A stretch of DNA of 64,000 bases from Patescibacteria group bacterium. Lineage in GTDB: Bacteria > Patescibacteriota > Patescibacteriia > Patescibacteriales > UBA12465. The position numbers and the translations under genes are program-made. Location of the stretch: the NCBI GenBank assembly GCA_041650715.1, contig JBAZKQ010000001.1, forward strand, positions 70,945 to 134,944, read 5' to 3'. The notes under the pieces are model-generated. The model was not told where the DNA came from. It made no database searches and saw nothing but the letters and a program-made list of their open reading frames with translations. Numbering within the stretch: the stretch's first letter is position 1; each line of letters begins with the position of its first letter. Positions 1 to 8,538 of the stretch are shown piece after piece.

Positions 1-4
1 CCAG

Positions 5-1306
5 GTGAAGTCGGCGATTGATATCCGCGACATTATGGATAATGGAAAAATTTTGATTATGAATTTGTCGAAGGGAAGAATCGGTGAAGATAATTCTGCC
101 CTATTGGGCGCCATGATGATTACCAAAATTCAATTAGCGGCCATGAGCCGTGTTGATGTTCCGGAGGCGGAGCGCCGCGATTTTTATTTATACATCGACG
201 AATTTCAAAATTTCTCGACCGATAGTTTTGCGAATATTTTATCCGAGGCCAGAAAATATCGCTTGAATTTAATTTTAGCGCATCAATATATAGAGCAATT
301 AAGCGAAAAAGTTAAACCAGCTGTTTTTGGTAATGTCGGCACGATGGTTGTTTTTCGGGTGGGGGCGGCCGATGCGGAAGAACTTGAAAAGGAGTTTTTG
401 CCGACATTTACTGAGGAAGATTTAGTGAACTTACCGAAGTACGAAATGTATTTGAAATTAATGATAGACGGTATTGCGTCATCCCCATTTTCGGCTAAGG
501 GTTTGCCGCCTTTACGTGTGGATGAACAAACCAATAATACGGAAAAAGTTATAAATTATTCTCGGGAAAAATATGCCTCCGTGAAAGAGGTGGTCGAAGA
601 GAAAATTATGCGCTGGCATTTAGAAGATGAAGCGCCGGCGAGTGCAGTGCCGACGCGAATAAATCTTGCCAATGGTCCCGCCGCCCCTGTTTATACTCCT
701 CCGCCCGCTGCGCCAAAACCCGCGACAACGGCCAGGCCCTTTACTCCCCAGTCTGTCGCGCGTCCTGTCTCAAGCCCTGTCAGCCGTCCTGTCAGCCGCC
801 CCGTGGCGCCTGCGACACCTAATACCCCGGTTCGAGCAGCCACGCCGGCTGCGTCTGCAGCCCCGGTTTCTGCGCCGCTTGGTGCAACACCGCCAAATCA
901 TCCGCGGATAGTGCGCGAGACCGGTTATAATGCGGTTTGTGCTGACTGCGGCAAGGAGACGATTATTACTTTTGTTCCCGATGGTGTCCGCCCAATATAT
1001 TGCAAAGAATGTCTGAGTAAAAAAAGAGAAGAAAAGAGAATGGATCTTGAAAAGCGCCATATCGCCAAAGAAATTGAAAAGAAAAACCTGGAAGAGGAGA
1101 CAGTTTTAGTGAGTGACGGACCGACTTTGTCATTTGCCGACCTGGCTAAGGCAAGTCCGGTTGATTTTCGCGGTCGCGAGCTGAAAAAAACGAGTCCTCG
1201 TCCGGCTGCAACTTCAGTCAACTCAGATATGACTAAGCAAAATCAAGCCCGCGAACAAGAATTTAAAGAAGGCGAGGATATTATTATCAGTAATAACCAA
1301 TTTTAA
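5..1306 (+). CDS. Type IV secretion coupling-protein-like ATPase (VirD4/TraG/TraD family), C-terminal part; 5' end cut by window edge; Pro-rich linker plus C-terminal CxxC-x17-CxxC zinc ribbon
   Basis: ORF is open to the window start. YLYIDEFQNF (Walker-B-like) and LILAHQYIEQL motifs are typical of T4CP/TraM-recognition ATPases. Aa ~215-300 are P/A/S/T/V low complexity with RPVS repeats, followed by CADC-17aa-CKEC. Confidence 0.6.
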   Translation: MKSAIDIRDIMDNGKILIMNLSKGRIGEDNSALLGAMMITKIQLAAMSRVDVPEAERRDFYLYIDEFQNFSTDSFANILSEARKYRLNLILAHQYIEQLSEKVKPAVFGNVGTMVVFRVGAADAEELEKEFLPTFTEEDLVNLPKYEMYLKLMIDGIASSPFSAKGLPPLRVDEQTNNTEKVINYSREKYASVKEVVEEKIMRWHLEDEAPASAVPTRINLANGPAAPVYTPPPAAPKPATTARPFTPQSVARPVSSPVSRPVSRPVAPATPNTPVRAATPAASAAPVSAPLGATPPNHPRIVRETGYNAVCADCGKETIITFVPDGVRPIYCKECLSKKREEKRMDLEKRHIAKEIEKKNLEEETVLVSDGPTLSFADLAKASPVDFRGRELKKTSPRPAATSVNSDMTKQNQAREQEFKEGEDIIISNNQF

Positions 1307-1320
1307 ATTTAGCAATCACT

Positions 1321-1893
1321 ATGTATTTAATATTTGATACGGAGACAACCGGCTTGCCCAAAAATTATCAAGCACCACTTGATGATTTTTCTAATTGGCC
1401 GCGGGTGGTTCAATTGGCCTGGAGTTTATATGATGCTGAAGGTAATCATTGGGAAAGTTATAATTATATAATTAAGCCAGACGGTTTTATTATTTCCGAC
1501 GAGGTAGCAAAAATCCACCGTATTACGACTGAGCGCGCCCTCGCCGAGGGCGTGGATTTGCGCGAGGCCTTAAACCATTTTATCAGTGACGTTCAAAAGG
1601 CCGAGCATTTAGTCGGCCATAATATTGATTTTGATGATAAAGTTGTCGGCTCGGAACTTTTACGCATGGGTTTGGAAAATCCGCTCCTTAGAGCCGATAA
1701 AATTTGCACAATGAAGAAGAGCGTTGATGTTTGTAAAATAAGTAACGGGCGCGGGGGCTATAAATGGCCCAATCTTACCGAGCTTTATAATTATTTATTT
1801 TCTACCGGGTTTCCCGAAGCGCATGACGCCCTGGTTGACGTTAAGGCTTGCGCTGATTGCTTTTTTGAGCTAAAAAGAAGGGGCGCAATCTAA
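1321..1893 (+). CDS. DEDDh 3'-5' exonuclease (DnaQ/epsilon-like)
   Basis: LIFDTETTGLP (Exo I), GHNIDFDDKV (Exo II) and AHDALVDV (Exo III with His) are in the correct order and spacing. Confidence 0.75.
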   Translation: MYLIFDTETTGLPKNYQAPLDDFSNWPRVVQLAWSLYDAEGNHWESYNYIIKPDGFIISDEVAKIHRITTERALAEGVDLREALNHFISDVQKAEHLVGHNIDFDDKVVGSELLRMGLENPLLRADKICTMKKSVDVCKISNGRGGYKWPNLTELYNYLFSTGFPEAHDALVDVKACADCFFELKRRGAI

Positions 1894-1909
1894 GCGGCAA
1901 CAAAGACTT

Positions 1910-3511
1910 ATGGCCGAAGGCATAAATTATCTTAAAATTGGCAAAGCCACTGAATTAACAGGTAAGGACCGAAAATTATACAGATTTTTGGAAATATTAC
2001 CTGGTTTTTTGTCTATTTTTACATTAATTATTCTTGCTGTCCTCTCATATTTTAAACCGGTTTGGGTGGCCTATTTTATCATTGCCTTTGACGTTTATTG
2101 GCTTCTTTTGGTCATTTATATGGCCATTTTTTTAATTAGCTCTTATCGTAAGCTTAATCAGGGTTTAGCTACTGAATGGGCAGAAAAATGTGCCCGTTTG
2201 AAAGAAGGCCGCTTTAGCGACCCGGATTTCGAAAAAGAGCTGGCGCCGGACGCGGTGGCGCGCCAAGGCGTGCTTTGGACCGATTTGTGGCAGTTAATTG
2301 TCTTGCCGACCAGCTTTGAGAGCGCCGAAATTATTCGCAGCTGTCTGGCGGCTCTGGTAAACGATGGGTATCCAACGGAGCGCATGATTATTAATTTGGC
2401 AATGGAAGAACGAGCGGGCGATGAGGCGCATGAGCGCGCGAAAATAATTCAAGCTGAATTTGGCGATAAATTTAAACATTTTTTAATAACTTGGCATCCG
2501 GACGGAATAGTGGGTGAGCTTAAAGGCAAGGGAGCTAATCAGGCCTGGGGCATTCAAGTGGTGCGCCGAGAAATTATTGAGAAAGAAAACTTAGATCAAA
2601 CTAAAATTTTAGTTAGTGTTTTTGATATTGATACTGTGGTCGAAGCCGGCTATTTTTTTGCGCTGACTTATAAATTTTTATCCGTGAGTGATCCTTATCA
2701 TACCAGCTATCAGCCGATACCGGTCTATCATAATAATATTTGGGATTCGCCTTTTTTTTCGCGCCTGGCCGCCTCGTCTAATACTTTCTGGCAGATGATT
2801 ATGCAAATCCGCTCAGAGAGTTTGGTTACCTATTCTTCCCATTCCATGACTTATATTGCTCTACGGGAAATCGGTTTTTGGTCAACGACGATGGTCAGCG
2901 AGGATTCGCGTATTTTTTGGCATTGCCTGCTTTATTATAACGGTAATTACCGTGTCGAGCCGCTTTATTATAAAGTTTCGATGGATGTGACTCATGATCG
3001 GAGCGCTTGGCGGACGGCGAAGAGCCTATATAAGCAGCAGCGCCGCTGGGCCTGGGGTTCGGAAAATATTCCCTATCTGATTTTTAATACGTCTAAAAGA
3101 TGGCAGACGGTTGACCGTGGAAAATTAATCGGCCATATTTTTATTCAAATTTACGGCTTTTGGTCGTGGGCAACCAACGCTTTGATTATCGCGGTGATTG
3201 GCTGGTTGCCAATGCTTTTGGGCGGCAATCGTTTTAATTCAACCGTTCTTTCGGGAAACCTTCCGGCGATAACGCAGAACCTCATGAACGTCGCCATGGT
3301 CGGTTTAATTTTGTCGGCCGTCATTTCTTCGCTCTTGTTGCCGCTCCGCCCCCACAAGTATAACGCTTGGAAAAACATCCGCATGATTTTAGAGTGGGTC
3401 TTTGTCCCCTTTACTATTGTTATCTTTGGAGCCATCCCCTGTCTTGATGCTCAAATTAGATTGATGCGCGGAAAATATATGGGTTTTTGGATTACCCCGA
3501 AGTCGCGTTAA
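1910..3511 (+). CDS. Membrane-bound family-2 glycosyltransferase (processive, cellulose/chitin-synthase-like architecture)
   Basis: N- and C-terminal TM helices flank a cytoplasmic domain with a DID (DxD) motif and a QQRRWAWG (QxxRW) motif. Confidence 0.7.
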   Translation: MAEGINYLKIGKATELTGKDRKLYRFLEILPGFLSIFTLIILAVLSYFKPVWVAYFIIAFDVYWLLLVIYMAIFLISSYRKLNQGLATEWAEKCARLKEGRFSDPDFEKELAPDAVARQGVLWTDLWQLIVLPTSFESAEIIRSCLAALVNDGYPTERMIINLAMEERAGDEAHERAKIIQAEFGDKFKHFLITWHPDGIVGELKGKGANQAWGIQVVRREIIEKENLDQTKILVSVFDIDTVVEAGYFFALTYKFLSVSDPYHTSYQPIPVYHNNIWDSPFFSRLAASSNTFWQMIMQIRSESLVTYSSHSMTYIALREIGFWSTTMVSEDSRIFWHCLLYYNGNYRVEPLYYKVSMDVTHDRSAWRTAKSLYKQQRRWAWGSENIPYLIFNTSKRWQTVDRGKLIGHIFIQIYGFWSWATNALIIAVIGWLPMLLGGNRFNSTVLSGNLPAITQNLMNVAMVGLILSAVISSLLLPLRPHKYNAWKNIRMILEWVFVPFTIVIFGAIPCLDAQIRLMRGKYMGFWITPKSR

Positions 3512-3541
3512 CCCGCTGATATTAGCGATAATAAATTCATT

Positions 3542-3569
3542 AAACCGGACCCGTTGTGGCCGGTTTTTT
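3542..3569 (+). terminator. Intrinsic terminator after the GT2 gene
   Basis: AACCGG-N11-CCGGTT stem followed by a T6 run. Confidence 0.6.
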
Positions 3570-3600
3570 AGTATTAGAATATATGCTATAATAGAAAACA

Positions 3601-4032
3601 ATGGAACGTCATAAAATTCATCCCCGCGTTTTGAGCGCCGGGGATTTGCCAAAACCGAATAATTATTTTTATCGTTTATTTTCCAGCCAGCGTTTTCTTG
3701 CGTTGGTTGGTTTGATTTTTTTATTATTAATCGTTTTTCCGCTGGCTAAAGCCTATACCCAAAAAAAAATAGTCGAGAATGAAATTAACGATGTAAAAAA
3801 GCAGATCAGTGATTTTGAACAAAGTAATTCTGACATGAAAGATATGATTAGCTATCTGCAATCTGATCAGTCGCTTGAGGACCAAGCCCGGCTTAATCTG
3901 AATTTGAAAAAACCGGGAGAAGAAGTTGTCGTGATTGAAAACGCGGCGAGCTCCAGCTCATTCGTTGAACAAAATAAAACCACCGAGCAGGAAAATAATT
4001 TCGCTAAATGGTGGCTTTATTTTTCGAGTTAA
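3601..4032 (+). CDS. FtsB/DivIC-type septum formation initiator (single TM + coiled coil)
   Basis: One TM helix, a heptad-like segment, and a C-terminal DQARLNLNLKKPGEEVVVI motif typical of the family. A TGcTATAAT box lies 8 nt upstream of the ATG. Confidence 0.6.
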   Translation: MERHKIHPRVLSAGDLPKPNNYFYRLFSSQRFLALVGLIFLLLIVFPLAKAYTQKKIVENEINDVKKQISDFEQSNSDMKDMISYLQSDQSLEDQARLNLNLKKPGEEVVVIENAASSSSFVEQNKTTEQENNFAKWWLYFSS

Positions 4033-4049
4033 ATTGATATTTATTTTTG

Positions 4050-4122
4050 AGCCGAAGAGGGGATTCGGACCCCTGACCTACGCGTTACGAGTGCGTTGCT
4101 CTACCAGCTGAGCTACTTCGGC
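4050..4122 (-). tRNA. trnT: tRNA-Thr (anticodon CGU)
   Basis: Manual cloverleaf on the reverse complement: acceptor GCCGAAG/CTTCGGC, D-arm GCTC-AGCTGGTA-GAGC, anticodon loop CTCGTAA, T-arm AGGGG-TCCGAAT-CCCCT. Confidence 0.85.
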
Positions 4123-4131
4123 CATCTCCTG

Positions 4132-4203
4132 AGCGGGTAAGCGGAATCGGACCGCCTTCCTCAGCTTGGGAAGCTGATGTAATAACCATTATACGATACC
4201 CGC
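4132..4203 (-). tRNA. trnG: tRNA-Gly (anticodon CCC)
   Basis: Manual cloverleaf on the reverse complement: acceptor GCGGGTA/TACCCGC, anticodon arm TCAGC-TTCCCAA-GCTGA, T-arm GGCGG-TCCGATT-CCGCT. Confidence 0.85.
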
Positions 4204-4283
4204 CTCTACTCTGAGGCTAATCCGCCCATTACTTACTTCAAATCTATTATAAAGGTAAGAGCTTAATTAAGTCAATTAAAATT

Positions 4284-5759
4284 ATGAAAATAAAACTGCA
4301 AAAACTTATCACGATCGGGGCACTTTTTTTGTTTATGGCGCCATCCGCGACTTTCGCCGCCAGCTTAAACTTTGCAACTCCGAGCTATAACGAAACGGCC
4401 ACTATCGTGACCAGCGCCGATACAAGCAATATTCCCTGGGAGTGGCAAGCGCTCAGCCCGGTTTATAGTTATTCATTTTCGCATCCGGAAATGTATGACC
4501 CGAGCCGACCGATGACTATCACAATTAATTATGATGGTCAGAACAATAAGTATAAACAGATTTTTATTCTTGACGAACTTTCGGGTATTTGGCAGCCTCT
4601 TTTAACGACGGATGTATCGGAAAAAAATTACGCAACGGCGATTACAACTTCAACCCAGGGTAAATTAATTTTGCTGACTAAATCTGACTTACTAAGCGTT
4701 GGGACTGCTTCCTGGTATAAATATAAGAACGGCGATTTTGCCGCTTCGCCTGATTTTGCGAAAGGCTCAATTTTGCGCGTTACTAATTTAGCAAACGGTA
4801 AATTTGTTGATGTGACCGTAAACGACTACGGTCCGGAGCGCGCTAAATTTCCGACTCGCGTTGTTGATTTGGATAAAGTCGCTTTTGCAAAAATTGCTGC
4901 CACCAGTGACGGTTTAATTAATGTTAAAGTTACTCCTCTAAAGATTGTCACGCCGACCATTAATAAATCGCCGGCCCAATTTGGAGCCATGCCGACGCTT
5001 ACCGCCTCATCAGCCGTGATTATGCTGGAAAAGGATGGCAGCATTATCTGGGGCAAGAACGAGACGGACGTCTCACCTTTGGCCAGTTTAACCAAGTTAG
5101 TGGCGCTACGTGTATTCCTCGATCGCAAGCCGAGTTTGAATCAAGTTGTTACCTATAAAGTCCAAGACGAAAAATATAATTATCTTTATGTTAATCCTTG
5201 GGAGTCAGCGCGACTGACTGTTAAAGACGGCGAGACCTTAACGATTGGTGATTTGGTTTATAGTGCGCTCGTCGGCTCAGCTAACAACGCCGTGGAAAGT
5301 TTAGTTCGCGTGAGTGGCTTAAGCCGGCCCGATTTTATTAAAAAAATGAATGAGGTGGTTGCATCTTGGGGGGCAACGAGCACAAAGTTTATCGAACCGA
5401 CCGGTTTGTCGCCGCAAAATGTGAGTTCTCCGCTTGACTATGCTATAATAATGAAAGAAGTTTTCACGAGCCCGCTACTCAGTAAAATTAGTACGACCGC
5501 GCGCTATACTTTTAAAACCATTAATACTAAAAAAACGCACACGCTTAACAATACGAGTAAATTAGTTAAGGCGGGCGATTATCCGATTATCGGTTCCAAA
5601 ACGGGATTTTTAAATGAGGCCGGTAATTGTTTGATGACACGTGTATCGTCTCCACAAGGAAATTTAATCGTGGTTAATTTCGGTTCCACGAGCAGCGCCG
5701 CCAGCTTTAGCGATAATGAGCAGATGATTCGCTATGGCCTACTCCAACTCAAAAAATAA
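4284..5759 (+). CDS. Secreted fusion of an RlpA-like double-psi beta-barrel domain and a D-alanyl-D-alanine carboxypeptidase (S11, PBP5-like)
   Basis: Signal peptide. SWYKYKNGDFAASP...ILRVTNLANGKFVDVTVNDYGP matches the RlpA/DPBB signature. The C-terminal half has SLTK (SxxK), SAN (SxN) and KTG motifs. Confidence 0.75.
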   Translation: MKIKLQKLITIGALFLFMAPSATFAASLNFATPSYNETATIVTSADTSNIPWEWQALSPVYSYSFSHPEMYDPSRPMTITINYDGQNNKYKQIFILDELSGIWQPLLTTDVSEKNYATAITTSTQGKLILLTKSDLLSVGTASWYKYKNGDFAASPDFAKGSILRVTNLANGKFVDVTVNDYGPERAKFPTRVVDLDKVAFAKIAATSDGLINVKVTPLKIVTPTINKSPAQFGAMPTLTASSAVIMLEKDGSIIWGKNETDVSPLASLTKLVALRVFLDRKPSLNQVVTYKVQDEKYNYLYVNPWESARLTVKDGETLTIGDLVYSALVGSANNAVESLVRVSGLSRPDFIKKMNEVVASWGATSTKFIEPTGLSPQNVSSPLDYAIIMKEVFTSPLLSKISTTARYTFKTINTKKTHTLNNTSKLVKAGDYPIIGSKTGFLNEAGNCLMTRVSSPQGNLIVVNFGSTSSAASFSDNEQMIRYGLLQLKK

Positions 5760-5761
5760 TT

Positions 5762-6442
5762 ATGATTACTCTCGAGAACATCACCAAGTCGTATAATAAT
5801 AAGAAGAAAATTTTACGCGCGGTTGATCTAAGAATCAAACCGGGTGAGTTTGTGTCCATTGTCGGCCAATCGGGTGCGGGCAAAACAACCTTGGTCCGTA
5901 TTTTGATTGGCGAAGAACGGGTTGATTCCGGGCGAGTTTTAATCGGGGATTGGGATATTACGAAAATATCGAAACGGGAAGTCCCTTATCTGCGTCGCCA
6001 AATCGGGGTAATTTTTCAGGACTTTAAATTATTGCCGAAAAAAACTTTAGAGGAAAATGTCGCTTTTGCGCTCGAAGTTTCTGACGGGCAGCCGGGAAAA
6101 ATAAAAAAAATTGTACCCAGTGTTTTGAAAATAGTCGGGCTGGACGATAAAAAGAAGCGCTATCCGAACGAAGTCTCCGGCGGTGAACAGCAGCGGGCGG
6201 CGATTGCGCGCGCGCTGGTGCATCAGCCGAAAATACTCTTGGCCGATGAACCGACCGGGAACCTTGATGCCATCAACGCCAATGAAATTATTGATTTATT
6301 GCTCCGCATCAATAAATTTGGAACGACCGTTATTCTTGTGACCCATAATAAAGAAATCGTTAATCGTTTAAATCGCCGGGTCGTAACCATGGAGTCTGGT
6401 CAAATTATTAGCGACCAAGAACACGGTAAATATTTACTCTAA
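5762..6442 (+). CDS. ftsE: Cell-division ABC ATPase FtsE
   Basis: Walker A GQSGAGKTT, signature SGGEQQR and Walker B ILLADEPT. Lies immediately upstream of ftsX. Confidence 0.85.
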   Translation: MITLENITKSYNNKKKILRAVDLRIKPGEFVSIVGQSGAGKTTLVRILIGEERVDSGRVLIGDWDITKISKREVPYLRRQIGVIFQDFKLLPKKTLEENVAFALEVSDGQPGKIKKIVPSVLKIVGLDDKKKRYPNEVSGGEQQRAAIARALVHQPKILLADEPTGNLDAINANEIIDLLLRINKFGTTVILVTHNKEIVNRLNRRVVTMESGQIISDQEHGKYLL

Positions 6443-6445
6443 AAT

Positions 6446-7354
6446 ATGCTGTCATTATATAGAATCATTAAATTTAGTTTTCAGGACATTGCGCGCAATG
6501 TTTGGTTGAGTATCGTGACAGTGACCATTCTCTTACTCGCTCTTTTTTCTATTAACACGCTACTTACGGTTCGGGTTATTAGCGATAATGCCGTCTCGGC
6601 GGTTAAGGAAAAAATTAATATTAGCCTGTACTTAAAAGCAGACGCACCGGAAACGGAGATTATGGCCCTGAAGGCGAAAATTGCGAGTTCCGATAAAGTG
6701 AAGAGCATAAATTATGTTTCACGCCAAAGTGCGCTTGATGCCTTTCGCGATAAATACAAAAATAATCAGGCCGTCTTGGCGGCGCTTAAAGAATTGGGGC
6801 GTAATCCGCTCTCACCGAGCTTAACGATTATTCCGAATGATTTTACGCAAGCCAATCTTTTGATTAACGAATTAAAAGTATTAGATAGTCCGATAATCGA
6901 GTCGCGCGATTTTTCCGATAATAGTAGTATTCTTTCGAAAATTAATGAAATTACCAATCGCGTTAATGAGGTCGGTTTATTTATTATCGCTATTTTTATC
7001 CTGACGAGTTTGCTCGTCGTTTATAATTCAATTCGGGTCGCAATTTATACGCACCGGGCGGAAATTGAGATTATGCGCCTCGTCGGGGCTTCTAATTTCT
7101 TTATTTATATGCCCTATATCGTTTCCGCTTTTGTTTATACTCTTTTAAGTATCCTTATAGTAATTTCTATTTTTTATCCATTTTTAAGTTTATTACAGCC
7201 GTATCTGGAGGTTTTCTTTATGGGCTATGACGTTAATATTCTTTCTTATTTTGTCGATAATTTTGCAGTAATTTTCGGTTTGCAGTTTTTGGTGGTCTTA
7301 GTCATAAATATTCTGGCCAGTTTATTCGCGGTGCGAAAATACGCGCGGATATAG
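6446..7354 (+). CDS. ftsX: Cell-division permease-like protein FtsX
   Basis: TM1, extracytoplasmic domain, then three C-terminal TM helices. Adjacent to ftsE. Ends with a TAG stop. Confidence 0.8.
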   Translation: MLSLYRIIKFSFQDIARNVWLSIVTVTILLLALFSINTLLTVRVISDNAVSAVKEKINISLYLKADAPETEIMALKAKIASSDKVKSINYVSRQSALDAFRDKYKNNQAVLAALKELGRNPLSPSLTIIPNDFTQANLLINELKVLDSPIIESRDFSDNSSILSKINEITNRVNEVGLFIIAIFILTSLLVVYNSIRVAIYTHRAEIEIMRLVGASNFFIYMPYIVSAFVYTLLSILIVISIFYPFLSLLQPYLEVFFMGYDVNILSYFVDNFAVIFGLQFLVVLVINILASLFAVRKYARI

Positions 7355-7389
7355 AGAAGTAATCAAATAAAATTAGCTTAAAAATAGGG

Positions 7390-7418
7390 TTGACATTTTC
7401 TCTATTTTTTAATACTAT
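7390..7418 (+). promoter_or_regulatory. Sigma70-type promoter for tRNA-Gln
   Basis: TTGACA (7390-7395), 17-nt spacer, TACTAT (7413-7418), 20 nt upstream of the tRNA 5' end. Confidence 0.5.
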
Positions 7419-7437
7419 TTTGAGGTAACAAACATAT

Positions 7438-7508
7438 TCGGGGATCGTCTAATGGTAGGACTCCAGGTTTTGGTCCTGGCTATCGAGGTTCGAATCCTTG
7501 TCCCCGAG
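7438..7508 (+). tRNA. trnQ: tRNA-Gln (anticodon UUG)
   Basis: Acceptor TCGGGGA/TCCCCGA (U1:A72), D-arm GTCT-AATGGTA-GGAC, anticodon arm CCAGG-TTTTGGT-CCTGG, T-arm CGAGG-TTCGAAT-CCTTG, discriminator G. No encoded CCA. Confidence 0.9.
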
Positions 7509-7510
7509 CA

Positions 7511-7729
7511 TACGAAAAAAGAAGCAGCTTAAGCTGCTTCTTTTTTCGTATACGCCTCGCAGAGGCGCGGATTCGAACAGGGCAGAAGCGAGTCTTGAGC
7601 CGCTTTAGCAAAAGCGGCGATAAGGGGAGCGTCGAACGAAGCTCCGGGGGAGCTTCGGGCGCTGACCGCGACAACGAAGCGAATGAGCGACGGCGAATTC
7701 GCTGAGGCGGAAATCCTTGTCCCCGAGCA
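7511..7729 (+). repeat. Unit 1 (219 nt) of an unclassified structured repeat ending in a tRNA-Gln 3'-end mimic
   Basis: Starts with a perfect 40-nt palindrome. Contains hairpins GCCTC-GCA-GAGGC and GCCGCTTT-AGCA-AAAGCGGC and a variable 9-bp hairpin at 7637-7657. The last 18 nt are identical to the tRNA-Gln 3' end. Confidence 0.9.
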
Positions 7730-7948
7730 TACGAAAAAAGAAGCAGCTTAAGCTGCTTCTTTTTTCGTATACGCCTCGCAGAGGCGCGGATTCGAACAGG
7801 GCAGAAGCGAGTCTTGAGCCGCTTTAACAAAAGCGGCGAAAAGGGGAGCGTAGGACGATATGCCGGGGGCATATCGGACTCTGACCGCGACAACGAAGCG
7901 AATGAGCGACGGCGAATTCGCTGAGGCGGAAATCCTTGTCCCCGAGCA
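7730..7948 (+). repeat. Unit 2 (219 nt) of the same repeat, head-to-tail with unit 1
   Basis: Outside unit positions 123-151 it differs from unit 1 at only 2 positions (98 in a hairpin loop, and 111). The variable hairpin lies at 7856-7876. Confidence 0.9.
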
Positions 7949-7955
7949 AATAGAC

Positions 7956-7981
7956 AAAAATACCACTTTCGTGGTATTTTT
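7956..7981 (+). terminator. Intrinsic (bidirectional) terminator after unit 2
   Basis: A-tract, ATACCAC-TTTC-GTGGTAT, T-tract. The sequence is unrelated to the palindrome shared by the units. Confidence 0.6.
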
Positions 7982-8004
7982 GTTATATAAATAATTCTTA
8001 TATT

Positions 8005-8502
8005 ATGAAAAAAGCACTTATCGTAATTGACGTACAAAAAGGTTTTATAAATAAATCAACAACACCCGTTATTAAGAAAATAAAAAACTATATAGTAAAA
8101 AATATAAATAATTATGATCTTATAGTTTTCACCCAATACTTTAATAGAGAGGGTAGTAATTTTATTCGAAGTTTAAAATGGCGTGGTTTTATGAATAAGA
8201 ACCAAACAGATTTGGCTGATGAAATAAAGGGATTTACTAGTAAAAAAAACTTGTTCCCTAAATACACATATAGCAGCTTTGTCGATAATAAGCTTTTTAA
8301 TTTACTCAAAAAAAATAAAATAGATCAAGTTGAGTTGTCTGGTTTTGATACGGAGAACTGCGTTTTGACTTTCGCAAGAGATGCTTTTGATCGGGGGATG
8401 TCTGTAGTTGTATTAAAAAATCTTTCGGCCAGTCATTCTATGCCTAATTTGCACAAAGCAGCCCTTGAAATCATTAAACATAACATTGGGACAATTAAGT
8501 AA
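8005..8502 (+). CDS. Isochorismatase-family cysteine hydrolase (nicotinamidase-like)
   Basis: N-terminal KALIVIDVQKGF and the C-terminal GFDTENCVLTFARDAFDRG (catalytic Cys context) are family hallmarks. The gene is visibly more AT-rich than its flanks. Confidence 0.8.
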   Translation: MKKALIVIDVQKGFINKSTTPVIKKIKNYIVKNINNYDLIVFTQYFNREGSNFIRSLKWRGFMNKNQTDLADEIKGFTSKKNLFPKYTYSSFVDNKLFNLLKKNKIDQVELSGFDTENCVLTFARDAFDRGMSVVVLKNLSASHSMPNLHKAALEIIKHNIGTIK

Positions 8503-8505
8503 ATA

Positions 8506-8538
8506 GTTGCGTTCCAACTATATCCCAGTCCCCGAGCA
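8506..8538 (+). other. Degenerate copy of the tRNA-Gln 3' end (att-like remnant) immediately before unit 3
   Basis: GTTGCGTTCCAACTATATCCCAGTCCCCGAGCA: the last 11 nt are identical to the tRNA and unit 3' ends, and the upstream part resembles a decayed T-arm. Confidence 0.5.

Noticed and set aside
666-1221. Three ORFs of 81-98 aa overlapping the Pro-rich and zinc-ribbon part of the first gene
   Set aside because: They are shadow frames created by the GC-rich, low-complexity proline-linker DNA. The main frame carries the conserved ATPase and CxxC motifs.
7480-8037. 185-aa minus-strand ORF running through tRNA-Gln and repeat units 1-2, translating to a repeated ARGQGFPPQRIRRRSFASLSRS... peptide
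   Set aside because: It stays open only because the unit length (219 nt) is a multiple of 3 and the units are GC-rich. It overlaps a tRNA gene and a 40-nt terminator palindrome. The inter-copy differences are base-pair-compensating rather than synonymous, which favours nucleic-acid structure over coding.
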